A DNA stretch of 64,000 bases from Isurus oxyrinchus (lineage: Eukaryota), in NCBI GenBank assembly GCA_026770705.1, contig JANJGN010000004.1, forward strand, positions 101,990,001 to 102,054,000. The letters run 5' to 3'. The stretch's first letter is position 1. Each line of letters opens with the position of its first letter. Below the pieces are notes generated by a model. It saw only the letters and a list, made by a program, of their open reading frames with translations. It was not told the origin of the DNA and searched no databases. A program made the translations under genes and the position numbers. Below, piece by piece: positions 12,912-25,467 of the stretch.

Positions 12912-14514
12912 ATTTGCAATTCCCAGTCCTCCGGCCATTTTTTGATATCTCATAGAGTGAATCAAATGGGCTGAAGACTGGCATCTGTGATGCTGGGGAC
13001 CTCTGGAGGAGGCCAAGATGGATCATCCACACAGCACTTCCGGCTGAAGGTTGTTGCAAATGCTTCAGCCTTGTCTTTTGTACTGATGCGTTGGGCTTCC
13101 CCGTCATTGAGGGTGGGGATATTGATGGAACCTCCTCCTCTAGTGAGTTGTTCAACTGTCCACCAGCATTTGCAACTGGATGTGGAAGGGCTGCAGAGCT
13201 TAGACCTGATCAGGTGACTGTGGGAATGCTTAGCTCTGTCAATTGCATGCTGTTTTTACTGTTTGGCATGGAAGTAGTCCAGTGTTATAGCTTCACTAGG
13301 TTGACACCTCATTTTTAGGTATGCCTGTGCTGCTCCTGGCATGCCCTCCTGGAATCTTCATTGAACCAGGGTTGATGTTAATGTTAGAGTGGGGGATTTG
13401 CCAGGCCATGAGGTTACAGATTGTGGTTGAGTACAATACTGTTGCTGCTGTTGGCCCACAGTGCCTCATGGTTGCCCAGTTTTGAGTTGCCAGAGCTGTT
13501 TGAAGTCTATGCCATTTAGCATGGACATAGTGCCACACAACATGATGAAGGGTATCCTCAGTGTTAAGACAGGACTCCATTTCCACAAGGACTGTGCGGT
13601 GGTCACTCCCACCGATACTGTCATGGACAAATGCAGCTGAAGCAGGCATGTTGGTGAGAATGAGGTCAAGTATGTTTTTCCCTCTTGTTGGTTCCCTCAC
13701 CACCTGCCGCAGATCCAGTCTCGCAGTTATATCCTTTAGGACCTGGCCAGCTTGGTCAGTAACTGAGCCTCTTTTGGTTATGGATATTGAAGTCCCCCAC
13801 CCGGAGTATATTCTGTGCCCTTGTCACCCTTATTACTTCTTCTGAGTGTTGTTCAGTGTGGAGGAGTACTGATTCATCAACTGAGAGGGAACAGCAGGTG
13901 ATAATCAGCAGGAGGCTTCCTTGCTCATGTTTGAACTGATACCATGAGACCTCATGGACTCAAGAGTCAATGTTGAGAACTCCAGGGCAACTTCCTCCTG
14001 ACTGTATATCACTGTGCTGTCACATTTCATGGGTCTGTCCTTTTGATGGGACAGGACATACCCAGGGATGGTGATGGTGGTGTCTGGGACATTATCTGAA
14101 GGTATGATTCAGTGAGGATGACTATGTCAGGTTGCTTGACTAGTCTGTTGGGTAGTTCTCCCAATTTTGGCACTAGCCCCCCCAATGCTCATAAAGAGGA
14201 CTTTGCAGTGTTAACATGACTGGATTTGCTGTTATCGTTTCCAGTGCTTTGGCTAATGCCAGGTGGTCCATCTGGTGTCATTGGTCATAGACTTCATAGT
14301 GATTTGATACAACTGAGCGGCTTACTCGACCATTTCAGTGGAAAGTTAAGAATCAACCATATTGCTTTGGAGTGTGGAGTCACGTGTATCCCAGGCCACG
14401 TAAAGATGGCAGATTTCCTTCCCCTAAAGTGAGCCAGGTGGGCTTTTACGACAATTGACAATAATTTCATGATCACTACTACTGGCACCAACTTTTTAAT
14501 TTCCACCAGCTGCC

Positions 14515-14603
14515 GCGATGGAATTCAAACACATGTCCCAATGGCATAAACTCGGGAATTTGGATTAATAGTTCAGTGATATTGCCACTATGCCATTCCT
14601 GCC
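14515..14603 (-). promoter_or_regulatory. tRNA-derived Pol III-type head (A and B boxes) of LINE
   Basis: Minus strand: A box TGGCATAGTGG (14585-14595) and B box GTTTGAATTCC (14520-14530). Confidence 0.6.
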
Positions 14604-15495
14604 CCCTTAGTTACACTAGGCCTTGAAAATAGCAAGGATGGAACTTAAGAATTGGAGTAGGCTATTCCCAACATGGGCTAATTGGGCCACCACTCTTAAG
14701 TATATCATCGGGCTAAATGGGGTAGGTACAGAACAGATCCAGCTCAAAACTGGGCATCCATGAGACACTATGGCCCATTAGCAGCATCAGAACTGTATTT
14801 CAGAAATGTAACCTCATGGCCCAGTATATCCCTCACTCCACCATTACCATCTACCAGGGATAGGACACTCATTCAATGAGGAGTGTAGAGGAACATGCCA
14901 AGAGGAACAACAGGAGTGCCTGAAGATGAGAGGCCAACATTTTCAACACGCTCTGGATAAAGAAATTTCTCCTGAATTTCCTACCGGGATTATTGTGACA
15001 ATCATGGGCAGAATTTTGACACTGGCGTGCAGGGGGCGGGCCCGACATATAAAACGACGTGCGATGACGTTGGGCGTGCGTCCTGATGTCACTGCGCACC
15101 ATTGCGATATTTCAGTGGGCAGGTGCGCTATGAGATCCGATGTGTGTCCACCATTAATTAACGGGCCAATTAAGACCCTTGAGCCATTAACACACCACGA
15201 TTTTTCAGAGCCCATGTGATTTTCAGAGCATCGCACAGGCTCAGTGGGCAGGTGGGTAGGCCACGCTTTTAAAAACCTCATCTGTGGGCAGGATAAGAGG
15301 GGTGAGTGGGCTCGAGAATACTATTTGTTAGTCATTTACTTTTTAAACTTACTGCTACTTGCTTGTGTGAACAGGAGAATTGCAAATCTCTTCACTGCTG
15401 CTTTTACAGGAATAACAGGCTTCAGGTCAGGACGCTGGGGGACACATAATTCTTGGGGCCTTGCAGGTTTTAGACAGCCTTCACTTACCCTGGGA

Positions 15496-16744
15496 ATGGG
15501 GGTTGTGCTCTCCACTGGAGGCACCTCCTCTGAGGAGGAAGAGAGGGCCAGAAGGAGGAGGAAGCCAAGGGTCTATATTCAGCCTCCAGAGGAGCCACCT
15601 TTGGGACGGCAGGCGCAGACACAAGGGGCACAGGCTTAACAGGAAGTGCAAGGCGGAAGAGGCCGCAGAAGACGCCAATTTCCTACTGCCAGGGTTTACA
15701 GGTGGCGAAGCAGCTACCTCAATATGTCTGAGGTGCAGTGCCAAAGGAGGTTCCATCTCTCAAGAGAGAGAGTGACCTCCATCTGTCAGATGATAGGCCC
15801 TGAGAACCAGTTCTAACAGTGTGTGTGGCCACCCCATGCCAGTGGCATTGAAGGTCACGGCTGCCCTCAACTTCTATGCCTCCAGCTCTTTCCGGGGGTC
15901 GGTGGGTGATCTTTGTGGTGTCCTCCAATCAGCTATCCACACTTGTGTCAAGCTGATGACAAATGCTCTGTTCTGACGTGCATTGACCTTCATCCACTGC
16001 CGCCCGGACAAAGCCAGCCAGGCAGAGCGAGCCAGAGGCTTTGCAGTGATTGCTGGGTTACCCCACTTCCAGGGTGCAATAGACTGTACACATGTGACCA
16101 TCAAGGCGCCAACGGGTGAGCCCGGTGCATTCACCAACCGGAAGAGATTCCACTCATGAACATGCAGATAATGTGTGACCATAGGATGCAGATTCTGCAA
16201 GTCTGTGCAAGGTACCCAGGCAGCTTCCACGACGCCTACATCCTCAGACACTCCCAGTGCCAGGGCTTTTCTGTGCTTCAGCCCGGCTGGATGGATGGCT
16301 GCTGGGCGACAAGGGCTATCCCCCTCAAAAGGTGGCTCATGATGCCTCTCCGCCATCCAAGAACAGAGGCTGAACAGTGGTACAACAGGAGCCATGCATC
16401 CACAAGGGCTGCGGTGGAGAGAACTATCGGTCTTCTCAAGATGCACTTCTGATGCCTGGACCATTCAGGGGGCACACTCCAGTACCCCCCAGATTGTGTG
16501 CCACTGATAGTGGTTGCATGTTGTGCTCTCCACAATCTGGCACTGGAAAGGGTGGGGTGGGGGGTGGTGTGCAGTTGAGAAAGAAGATGTTGACGTAGAT
16601 GCCCTGGCTGCAGATAATGAGTCCGGTAGTGAGTCCGAGGACGAGCACACTAAGGAGGACACTGAGGGGATAGACACTGACCCGGGCAACATCCAGGGAG
16701 GCAGGGACACCTGGGAGGCTTTGGTCCAAAGATCCTTCAGCTAG
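15496..16744 (+). pseudogene. Harbinger DDE transposase (HARBI1-like family), frameshifted
   Basis: KVTAALNFYASSSF, GAIDCTHVTIKAP, ARYPGSFHDAYIL, GDKGYPL, VERTIGLLKMHF* and CCALHNL, followed by an acidic tail; several frameshifts and stops. Confidence 0.9.
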
Positions 16745-17048
16745 CCCATCACAGATGAACCACCACCACATGCCAGGACTCCTGGCTCCATACTCGATAC
16801 CTGAGAGCAACATTTGCCTGGTCAGGAACATTAACTTTGTACCTTGTCAATAAAGCTCAATGACAAACAACTCACTCATAACATCATGGGTTCCCGTCCA
16901 CCTGCAGAACTAATGAAGCACCCAGAAGCTTGTTCAGAACTAAAACATTTAATGATTTCATAAAACAAAACAGAAATGAAAGTTCATTGAGAGGTATTGA
17001 GCTGCACACCGACTAATAAGCAACTAATAAGGGGGCAACAGAAAACCA

Positions 17049-19200
17049 TCAGTGGTAAGCCCGTGGTGCTTTACGCTTATGTTTGTGGGTGCTACGCCTA
17101 GGTGCTCCCCTCTCACTGGCACTGGCGTTGGAGACAACCTGCTCACTCTGCTGTCTTGTTGGTTTTGATGACCTTGGCAAGGGTCCTCTGGCCTGTGGAG
17201 CTTGTGCTGGTCCCGCCTGGGAGAGAGCGGCCAGTTCCACAGCTGGCATCTCCCCAGTCATCGCGGCCTCGTCGGATGCCACAGTCACTGGCAGAGGGGC
17301 GGAGGAGCCACTGCCCTCATCCGGAGCGCCCTGCGAGGAGCCAACAGAGACAACAGGCAGCTCATGCCCCAATGTGACATTGCTTCGGATCTCCCTGCTC
17401 ACCAATGCTGGATAGCCATCGAGCTGGGATACGAGGTGCACAGTCCATCTCCCACACTGACACTGACCAGCAGAGGCCAATGCCACTGTGAGGGCTTGCA
17501 GGTCCGAGCGCATCTCCAGGAAGACCTGATTGGTCTCCTGGAGGTGCCTCTCCATGAGAGTCGCCACTCTCTCAATGGAGGAGGCATTGCACTCAGCCAT
17601 GAGGGTAAATGCATTGCTGATGCTCTGCATGGACTCTTCCATCATGGAGACCATGGCATGTAGTCCCTCATGTATCTCCGCCACATCCTCCCGTACACCC
17701 TGGTAGACTTCCAGCATCTGCTGCCTCAGGGACGACTCCAGAGGCACATCATCACTCATTCCTCCGACTGCTGGTGCCCTGGGCACTCTCTGTCTTTGCC
17801 TACACATCAAGTGAGTGTGAAGTGCCCTCGCCACTGTGCCGACGATCTTATCCCCACCGAGATGCTGGTATCTGCACTGGTGCCTGCCTGGCTGAGGTGG
17901 TGTGATGCTGGTGTGGGTATCTGTTCAGGCCCCTCAGGTGTCAGTGGCGAAGCCTCTGCCTCCTGAGTCTGGGCGTGCTAAGGTGGGGCTGAAAGGAAGA
18001 ACAAGGACATTTGATTAGTTGAAGTCTTGGCACTGTTAATGTGCATGCCTGGCATCTGGTTCAGGATGCGCTCCTCCTTCCATAATCAATGGGAAACCCA
18101 AGTTGGATGCTGAATTCAATAAACAGTCAACAGTGGAATGATTGCACTGACAGACATTGTAACCTCAGTGCACGGCACTCTTAACTCCCAGTGGCACCCC
18201 AACCTCACCGCTGCCAGTAGACCTGGGTGCATGGTGCCTCTCCAGCTCAAGAGCCTCCTGCTCATACTAGTGAGTATGAATAGTTGGGCCTGCCCTCCAC
18301 CAGTCCGCAGCCATTCTGCATTGTTGTGTGCAGTCTTCTCCTGAAAGGAGAGAGGAGCATTGATTAATCCACCCTGTACCTGCATCGCCATTGCAGTCTT
18401 GCCACCCTTACCTGAGTGAAACATTGTGGGGCTCATCCGATTTGTGACCTTGGAGCCGCCACATGCCCATTCCAAGCAGCCAGGGCTAACCCCTTTGCCC
18501 AGATGCTGCCCCCATCATATTTGCCACTCACACTGTATGACCTTCCAAAGCAAGGAAGCACTACCACATAGAAGGACAAGGGCAGCAGATGGATGGCTGC
18601 CCCACCACCTGAAAGTTCCCCTCCTAGCCAGTCAGCATCCTGACTTTGAAATGTTTTGGCATTCCAGCACTGCGCCTAGGTACAGATCCTGGAGCTCACC
18701 CCCAAAACCTCACTGTGGGTGTAAGTGCACCACATTCAGCGGATACAGAAGCCAGCTCAGCACCACCCTCTCAGGAACAACTAGGCACGGGCAATAAATG
18801 CTGGCCCACCCAGCGAAGGTCACATGCCACGAATGAATGAATGCAGTAACTAAATTCAGAGTTTGGGGAGGGAGGGGTGGTGCCAGAGGGGCCAGTTTAA
18901 CTGCTGTGCTCAGTGACCCATGCCAACATGGTACTCACCATTACCGATCGCAAGGGGCCATTGAACCGTTTGCTGCACTGAACCTAGGTGCATTGCACCA
19001 CATCATGTGAGCTGACCCTTTCTGCCACCTCCTCCCAGGCATATTTTGACATTTTGGTGGGGGGGCCTCCTCCTCCCGTCCCTTGGCACGATGACCTTGC
19101 GCTGTGCTGCCACCTCCTCGAGGAGGGCAGCAAGGCATTCACCTGAGAATCTCGGAGCATAATGCCCCGCCGACCTGCCCTCCTGCCTGGCCTACTCTCC
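17049..19200 (-). pseudogene. Harbinger Myb/SANT-like DNA-binding protein gene (3 exons)
   Basis: Exon 1 ~19200-18939 (APRFSGECLAALLEEV…AWEEVAERVSS…QCSKRFN; GTGAGT donor). Exon 2 18340-~18186 (EKTAHNNAEWLRTGGG; CTTTCAG acceptor). Exon 3 17988-17049 (coiled coil, basic C-terminus). TATAA-like motif at ~19270. Confidence 0.8.
18545..18840 (+). mobile_element. 3' fragment of the CR1/L2-group LINE in the Myb gene intron
   Basis: AGAAGGACAAGGGCAGCAG…GGGCAATAAATGCTGGCC…(GAAT)n tail. Confidence 0.7.
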
Positions 19201-20496
19201 GAGAGCAGCCTCGGGAATCCTTCTGTGCGCCGTTGCTGTCAGCCTTTGGAAGGCTGCCTGCACCAGTTATAAACAGGCCGCCAGGTCGTCATTGGAATCC
19301 AGTCGCTGCGATTCACTGCTGGGTGGGCCTTAATGGGCGATTGGCTCTGTGCCCACCCGCGCCTGCTCCCGCACAGCCCGCCCGACATTTTTGAAAATTC
19401 TCCCCCAAATATTTAAAGTCCCTCATTCAGGTCTTCCCCATGAATGGAAAGATCTTCTCTACGTTTCAAACTCTTTCACCAAATATGGTAAAAATGTTGA
19501 GAGCCCTTATTACTCTTGATAGACCTGCTGGACCTTTGTAGATTCTTTTAATTCCAGCACCTCAGCAAGCGTGATTTTAAAGTGTCATCCTTTTCGTCAA
19601 ATTAAACAATTCAATTTCACACCTCATCATCACTGCATTCAAAGAAAAAAATACTTATGCAGGAGGATTAAATGACATTTAGAACTCAGCAGGTAAGGAA
19701 AACAAATATTACCAGCAATTCTATTTTAATTAATGAGTTTGAAACAGGAAATATAATGAGGACTAATGATAGTGTTCATTGATGAGGTGTTCTGATTTCT
19801 TCATTGTTTTGACATTGATTAATGGTTAATGTAACAGTGGATTTAATACTATTATTAGACATTGATACATCAAAAACAATTGATCTGAACTGGAGAATTC
19901 ACTATAAGAGGGTGTTAAAGCCTGGTGATCCACTGTTTCTTTCTTTATTCCTTTGAAAGATTACCAAAAGAACAAAGTATAAATGCCTGCTAGTCAGGTA
20001 GCTGGCACTCAGATGACCCGAGCCTCAGGGGACATTTTGCAATGGGTCCAGGATCAATTCAAGTTCACACAGATACTACATACCATGCTCAGAGTTCACA
20101 GACAGCACCTCTCCATGAGGCTGCTTATAGAATCATAGTTTGGTTACAGCAGAGAAGGAGGCCATTTGGCCCATCCTGTCCATGCCAGCCCTCTGTAAGG
20201 GTAACTCAGCTCATCCCACTTCCTGGCCTTTCCCCAATGGCCATGGGCATCACTCACCTGCATTAAAATTCCCTGATCTTTTGCATTGGTTTGGCCATTT
20301 ATACACATGTTGCAACAACATCAACAGCTGAAATTTCTAGAGGGGCTTTATCGGAATTAATGCCCCAAGGGTCTTCACAACAGCGTGCAGAGCAAGCTTG
20401 ATGGGCTAAATGGCCTATTCCTCCTCCTGACGCTTACAATCTTGTGATCTTATGATTATAAACAAAATATGACATTGAGACACGTAAGGGGATAAT

Positions 20497-22110
20497 GGCC
20501 TGGATTTTGCAGCCAGTGACAAAGGGATGCCATTCACCACTGACTGCGCCGAAAAATTCACACTCGCATGGCTCAATGGCTGGAGGGAGATTTTTAACTT
20601 CTGGCTGTAGCATGACCTATCGATGGGAGAAGAAGCAAAGCCCTGCAGTGCAGTACATCCTGAATGAAGACATGCCCCCTATGGCATCAGGAGCTGAAGG
20701 TGCTTCCATTCAGGCAGTCTGCAACTGAAAGGAAGGTGAGTGATTTACTGTGATCTTATGAATCGTTAAACACTGTTAAAAACTTTAAAAACAGACATCT
20801 ATAAACTTTTAAAATCTTTGACATAATTTAATAAATCGCTGAAGATTTTAAAAAACTTTTTAAAGCTTTAAAGTAAATGGGAAAGTGCAGTCAATAAAAA
20901 GATGAGTTAAGTAAAATAAACAATTACTCGAAAATATTTAGTTACTTAGTGTTATTTAGTTACTTGCAGAAAAGAAGATAGCCACACAAAAGGCAGATGG
21001 GAGGAACAAATGTAACTTCTGTGAAAAGAGACCTCAATTCACTTCCCTATAAGGTGGAGGCAGAGTTTCACCAACTTATTGGTAACTATAAAGTGTAGGA
21101 AAGCTAGAAAAGCTAGCATTTTGGTGTGGAAAGAGGTTGTGGAGACTGTGACTGCTAACAGCACTGTAGCTGTCCCATGGACCACAGCACAGTGCCACAA
21201 GACATTAAATGATTTAACACAATCTGTCATGGTTTGTAAAGTTCTTGGGGAAATTTTCATTTAAATTTTTGTTTAAGATTTAAAAGCTCATAAAGTGAAC
21301 AAGTCTTACACAAACCAACAAAGAAGCACAAAGTAATATTTACTCTGCATGCCTATTTAATGTAAGATGGCACATAATGTGCGGAACATTCATTGGCCAA
21401 GAAAGATGTTGCCTTTCTGAAAGATTTTAATGCGTAGGAAGAGAAGGTGAGACTGTGTTAATGTTAATTATTAAGAGGTATATTTATAAATTACTGTTTA
21501 TATTCTTATTCAGTTGGTTGCTGTATTTGCACATTAGCTTGTAGGCATTCTAAAGCTTTCAAAATAATTTTATTAAGGTAAAACATTTTAACCTTAAAAC
21601 AATTCACAATTAAGAAAAATAGTTCATTAGCATGAATGGTATCGATGGTCTTGCACTATTCGCCTTAAGTTTACCTTATTCAGCAATAACTATATCATAA
21701 GACTTACAATTAGTCTTTGCTGTTAAAACAAGTCACTGGTTTTACTTTCCATCTACAAATTACTTTTGTCTGATTTCCTGAGGGAGGGAAAGAAATTTGG
21801 TCACCGTCAATGTCCTAACATATCAGCCATTAGCTGCTCTCCGGACAGCTGTAGCCATGGCTTCCGGTGGTCCACGATGTCCATGATGTCCAGTGATGTC
21901 CATGTTGGAGTCTTCTTTTCTGTCCATTTCTAGAACAATCTTGGCTGTGGGGTGGAGGGTCAATCCTTCCTGCAAGGCAAAGTCGTGTAATAGTTCCTGC
22001 TGACTAATCAATGGGTATGGTGCCCGACGTTTTGTTACATAAGGCTGTCATATTACAGAAATCATACACAGCCAGAGTGGAAAGGCAATATTTCTCCCTC
22101 ACATACTTAG
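20497..22110. mobile_element. Ancient Harbinger remnant (Myb exon on +, transposase C-terminus on -)
   Basis: TIR-like GGCCTGGATTTT at 20497. + strand VWKEVVETVTANS…WTTAQCHKTLNDL (21079-21235) is a SANT motif. - strand ~CL..HSG…LLHDFAL (21970-22095) resembles the transposase CLDxSGG…LHN region. Confidence 0.5.
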
Positions 22111-22344
22111 TGTCTAAGGTATTGCAGTACCTGCTAGAAAAGTAGTCACAGTATTTTGAAGTTATCTCACAATGTCATATGCAAGCTGGATTGTCAAATG
22201 GCAATTGTTTCTTTTAAAGTCACTTCAATCTTGCTAAATAATTTTCTAACATTGAAACATCAAGTAAGTCAGATAAATGTTTATATTTAAAAATCTTGTA
22301 AAATTCACTTTAATCTTATTTTAAAAAAAATCAGGTGACTAAAA

Positions 22345-22750
22345 TACGAACATATGAATTAGGAGCAGGAGTAGGCCATATGGCTCTTTGAGCTGCCCCA
22401 CCGTTCAATACGATCATGGCTGATCTAAATGTAACCTCAACTCCACATTCCTGCCTGTCCCGATAACCTTTCACCCCCTTGATTATCAAGAATCTATCTA
22501 TTTCTGCCTTAAAAATATTCCAAGAATCTGCTTCCACTGCCCTTCGAGGAAGAGAGTTCCAAAGATTCACTATCCTCTGAGAGAAAAAATTTCTCCTCGT
22601 CTCTGCCGTAAATAGGTGACCCCTAATTTTAAACACTGGCCCCTAATACCAGATTCTCCCACAAGAGGAAACATCCTTTCCACACTGAACCTGTCAAGAC
22701 CGCTCAGGATCTTATATGTTTCAACCTTGTCACCTCTCACTCTTCTAAAA
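22345..22750 (-). mobile_element. CR1-type LINE 3' end
   Basis: RRVRGDKVETYKILSGLDR…RRNFFSQRIVNLWNSLP…FKAEIDRFL, followed by the CR1 3' UTR. Confidence 0.85.
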
Positions 22751-23109
22751 TCCATTTTAAAAGTTTGGAAAGCCATGAGGAGAAGTTAAATTAACAGCTA
22801 ACGTATAAACTTTAACATTTTTAATCTCTGCATTTAACTGTTAAATTCACATATGCTACTACCAGTGCCTTACTGGACAGAATTAAATCACCTGATCAGG
22901 CTATGCACCTGATGATAGCAGCTCAAAACAAAACCATTAGTTGTGAGCCATTAGTCCAAATTAACGAGCTATGGGTCCCTCCCACTTTACAAAGCGGGTT
23001 GTTGGGACTGTCAATGGGATGCAATGAAGCACATTGATGCATATCACAGCTTATGTTTTTTGACACAAGTGTGTGCACATTTGCAAGCCAGAAACTGCTG
23101 TGGTATTGT

Positions 23110-25390
23110 GACCTTCAGTTCACAACTCTCAGGACCGCCAAGTCCAGTCCATCAGGTAAGAAGATCAAAAGCTTCATTAAAGAGGTAGATATTAAAGTGG
23201 GTCTTAAAGGTGGAATATGAGATAGAGAAGCAGAGAGGTATGGGGAGCGGCTTGAGAGCTTAGAGCCTCGGAAACTGAAGTTGCAGCCACTAGAGGTGTA
23301 GCAGTTAGAATCATAGGTCCTCAAGAGGCAAGAATTGAATGAGCACAGCTATCTCAGAGGGGTGTGGAGCTGGAGAAGATGACAGAGATAGGGAGCAATG
23401 AGGCCATGGAGGGATATGAAAACAAGGGTGAGAATTTTAAAATTAAGACATTGCTTGACTTGGAGCCATGTAGGTCAGCAAGCACAGGTGTGAGAGGGCA
23501 ATGGGTATTTCAATAAGTTAAGAAATGATCAACAGAGTTTAGGATGTCCTCAAGTTTAGGGAGAATAGAATTTGGTAGAATGCATTGGAATAGTCAAGTC
23601 TAGATTAAGGTACCAAAGACATAAATTAGGGATTCAGCAGCAGATGAGCTGAGACAAGGCATTGTTACAGAGGTGAAAATAGGCAGCTTTTGTAGTAGCG
23701 CAAATGTATGGTTAAAAGCTCATTTTGCAGTCAAATGTGATGCCAGAGTTGTGAACAGACTGACTTAATATCAGACTATTGCCAGGTAGAGAGTTGGAGT
23801 TGATAAGCTCGGGAACAGGGTTCAGAGCTGGGACCAAAAGCAATCTCCCCGTTCTTCCAATCCTAATAATAGCAAATGTTAAGACGTTCACTGCTACTGA
23901 GGGTTGCAATGGCATCGGAAGGCCCAGGGAGTTGATTCACATCTGAGCCCGGAACTTCCAACTCACCAGAAGTGGCTCCATGTGAATGTTTGGAGGGTGT
24001 GAGCAATGTTGGGAGGGGGAGAACAGTGTTGGGAAGGGTTGAACAGTTTTTAGGAGGGGTGGGTTGAACAGTGTTGGGAGGGTTTGAACAATGTTTGGGG
24101 GTGGTGGGTTGGACAGTGTTGGGAGGGGTTGGACTGTGCTGGGATAATTAGCAGTATTGTGAGTGGGGTGAGCAATGACAGGAAGGGGTTAACAGTGTGG
24201 GGAGAGGGGGTGAGCAGCGCTGGGGTGGTGAACAGAGTCAGGAGAGGTTGAACAGTGTTGGGAAGGGGTGTGCAGTGTTGGGAGAGCAGGTGAACAGTAC
24301 TGGGGTAGTGACCAGTGTTGGGAGGGATTGAACAGTGGCAAGAGGGGGTGTTCGCAGTGTTGGGGGTTTTGTGGGTTGGGTGTTGTTGCAGTGTTGACAG
24401 CGGGAGCCTATAACCTATAATTAAAAACAGATAATGTTTAAGAAAAAGTGAAAAACACTGGACTGAAGGGTAACTTCAAGGGGTTTGTCTTCAGTTCATG
24501 ACATGAAAACAGGCCATGGCATCACTGCAATTGCACCTCACCACTAGGCCTCCCGACTCACCTCGCCAATGCAGCTACTCTGCAGCACAAACAAGAAAGT
24601 CCTAAGGCTCCAGGGTAAAAAGGTAAGGCTGTAGTTTCCAGCAGTGTGTGCTCCTGTTCTGCCGATGGCTGAGAGATCAGGGTTAATGGCTTCAGTGTTC
24701 CCAATAGTTACTTGGACGAAATTTCTGCTCACCCAGTACTGGATGTCAGTTGAGCAGTTTGATAATTTAGCAACATTGGAGAAATCAAGGGAAATGTTGG
24801 TGAGGTAGAGCCGAGTGTTGTCAGTGAACATGCAAAAATTAATGCTGTGCCTTCGGAAGATGTTGCCAAAGGACAACATGTGTGCAATAAATAGGAGGGG
24901 GACAAAGATAGATCTTTGGGGGACATCAGAGGTAATGATGCAGGAGCAGGAAGATAAGCTATTGCGAGTGATTCTTTGGCTATGATTAGATAGGTAAGTA
25001 TAGAACCAGGTGAAAGTACTCCCAGCCAGCTGGATGACAGTAGCGAGGTGTTAAGGAAGATGGTGTGATAAACACTGCCAAAAAGGTTCAAGAAGGATGA
25101 GGAGGGAAAGTTTACCTTTGTCACAGCCACATAGGATATCTTTGGTGATGTAAAGAAGAGCTGTTTCAGTACTGTGGCTAACTGGAGAGTTTGAAGAATG
25201 ATGGAAATGGATTTGAGAGGTGACAACACATTCACCTTCTGGGAGGTGGTGAGGAATGGGAGGTTGGAGATAGGTAGTTTGCAAGGACAGTGGGATTAAG
25301 GGTTGCTTTTTTTAGGAGAGAGGTGCTGGTGGCAAATGTAAAGGAGACAGGGGCAGCACCTGAAGAAAGAGAAGTGATAACAGCATGGAA
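23110..25390 (-). mobile_element. L2-type LINE RT fragments, split by a G-rich insertion (~23870-24680)
   Basis: HSTETALLYITKDIL (25051-25284 ORF), GNIFRRHSINFCMFTDNTRLYL (decayed YADDTQLY) and SVHNSGITFDCKMSF. Confidence 0.65.
23995..24390 (+). repeat. G-rich ~20-bp minisatellite
   Basis: About 18 imperfect copies of (T)GAACAGTGTTGGGAGGGG(T). Confidence 0.75.
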
Positions 25391-25404
25391 GGAAACATTC
25401 ATCC

Positions 25405-25467
25405 TGTTTCTCTCCACAGATGCTTTCAGGCTTGCTGAGCATTTGCCGCACTTTCTGCTTTTATTAA
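25405..25467 (+). mobile_element. Extreme 3' tail of a Penelope-like element
   Basis: TTTCTCTCCACAGATGC…TTGCTGAG…CTTTCTGCTTTTATT matches 40927-41020. Confidence 0.5.

Larger units (their letters stand above)
10865..14603 (-). mobile_element. Long CR1/L2-group LINE copy (APE + RT pseudo-ORF) with tRNA-derived 5' head
   Basis: APE: VREPTRGKNILDLILTN…GGSDHRTV (13296-13703). RT: LDIKAAFDQAWHQG and INILGVTIDQKLNW. 3' UTR GGCAATAAATGCTGGCC. A foreign segment at 12164-12911 replaces part of the ORF. Confidence 0.85.
15006..19405 (+). mobile_element. PIF/Harbinger DNA transposon, full-length but decayed
   Basis: TIRs GGGCAGAATTTT (15006) and AAAATTCTCCCC (19394-19405); flanking triplets CAT/CAA; contains convergent transposase and Myb/SANT genes. 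Confidence 0.9.

Noticed and set aside
16450-16452. Same in-frame TGA in both Harbinger transposases (16450 and 61622), suggesting recoding or readthrough
   Set aside because: It falls at the Arg of the conserved F-R-C-L motif. CGA>TGA CpG deamination explains independent hits, and both genes have other lesions.
17049-17834. 261-aa ORF as a possible host gene
   Set aside because: It is exon 3 of the Harbinger Myb-like gene, inside the TIRs, with a decayed paralog at 62150-63100.
23995-24390. Regular short repeats resembling a CRISPR array
   Set aside because: Head-to-tail degenerate units with no unique spacers, in a vertebrate context with no cas genes.
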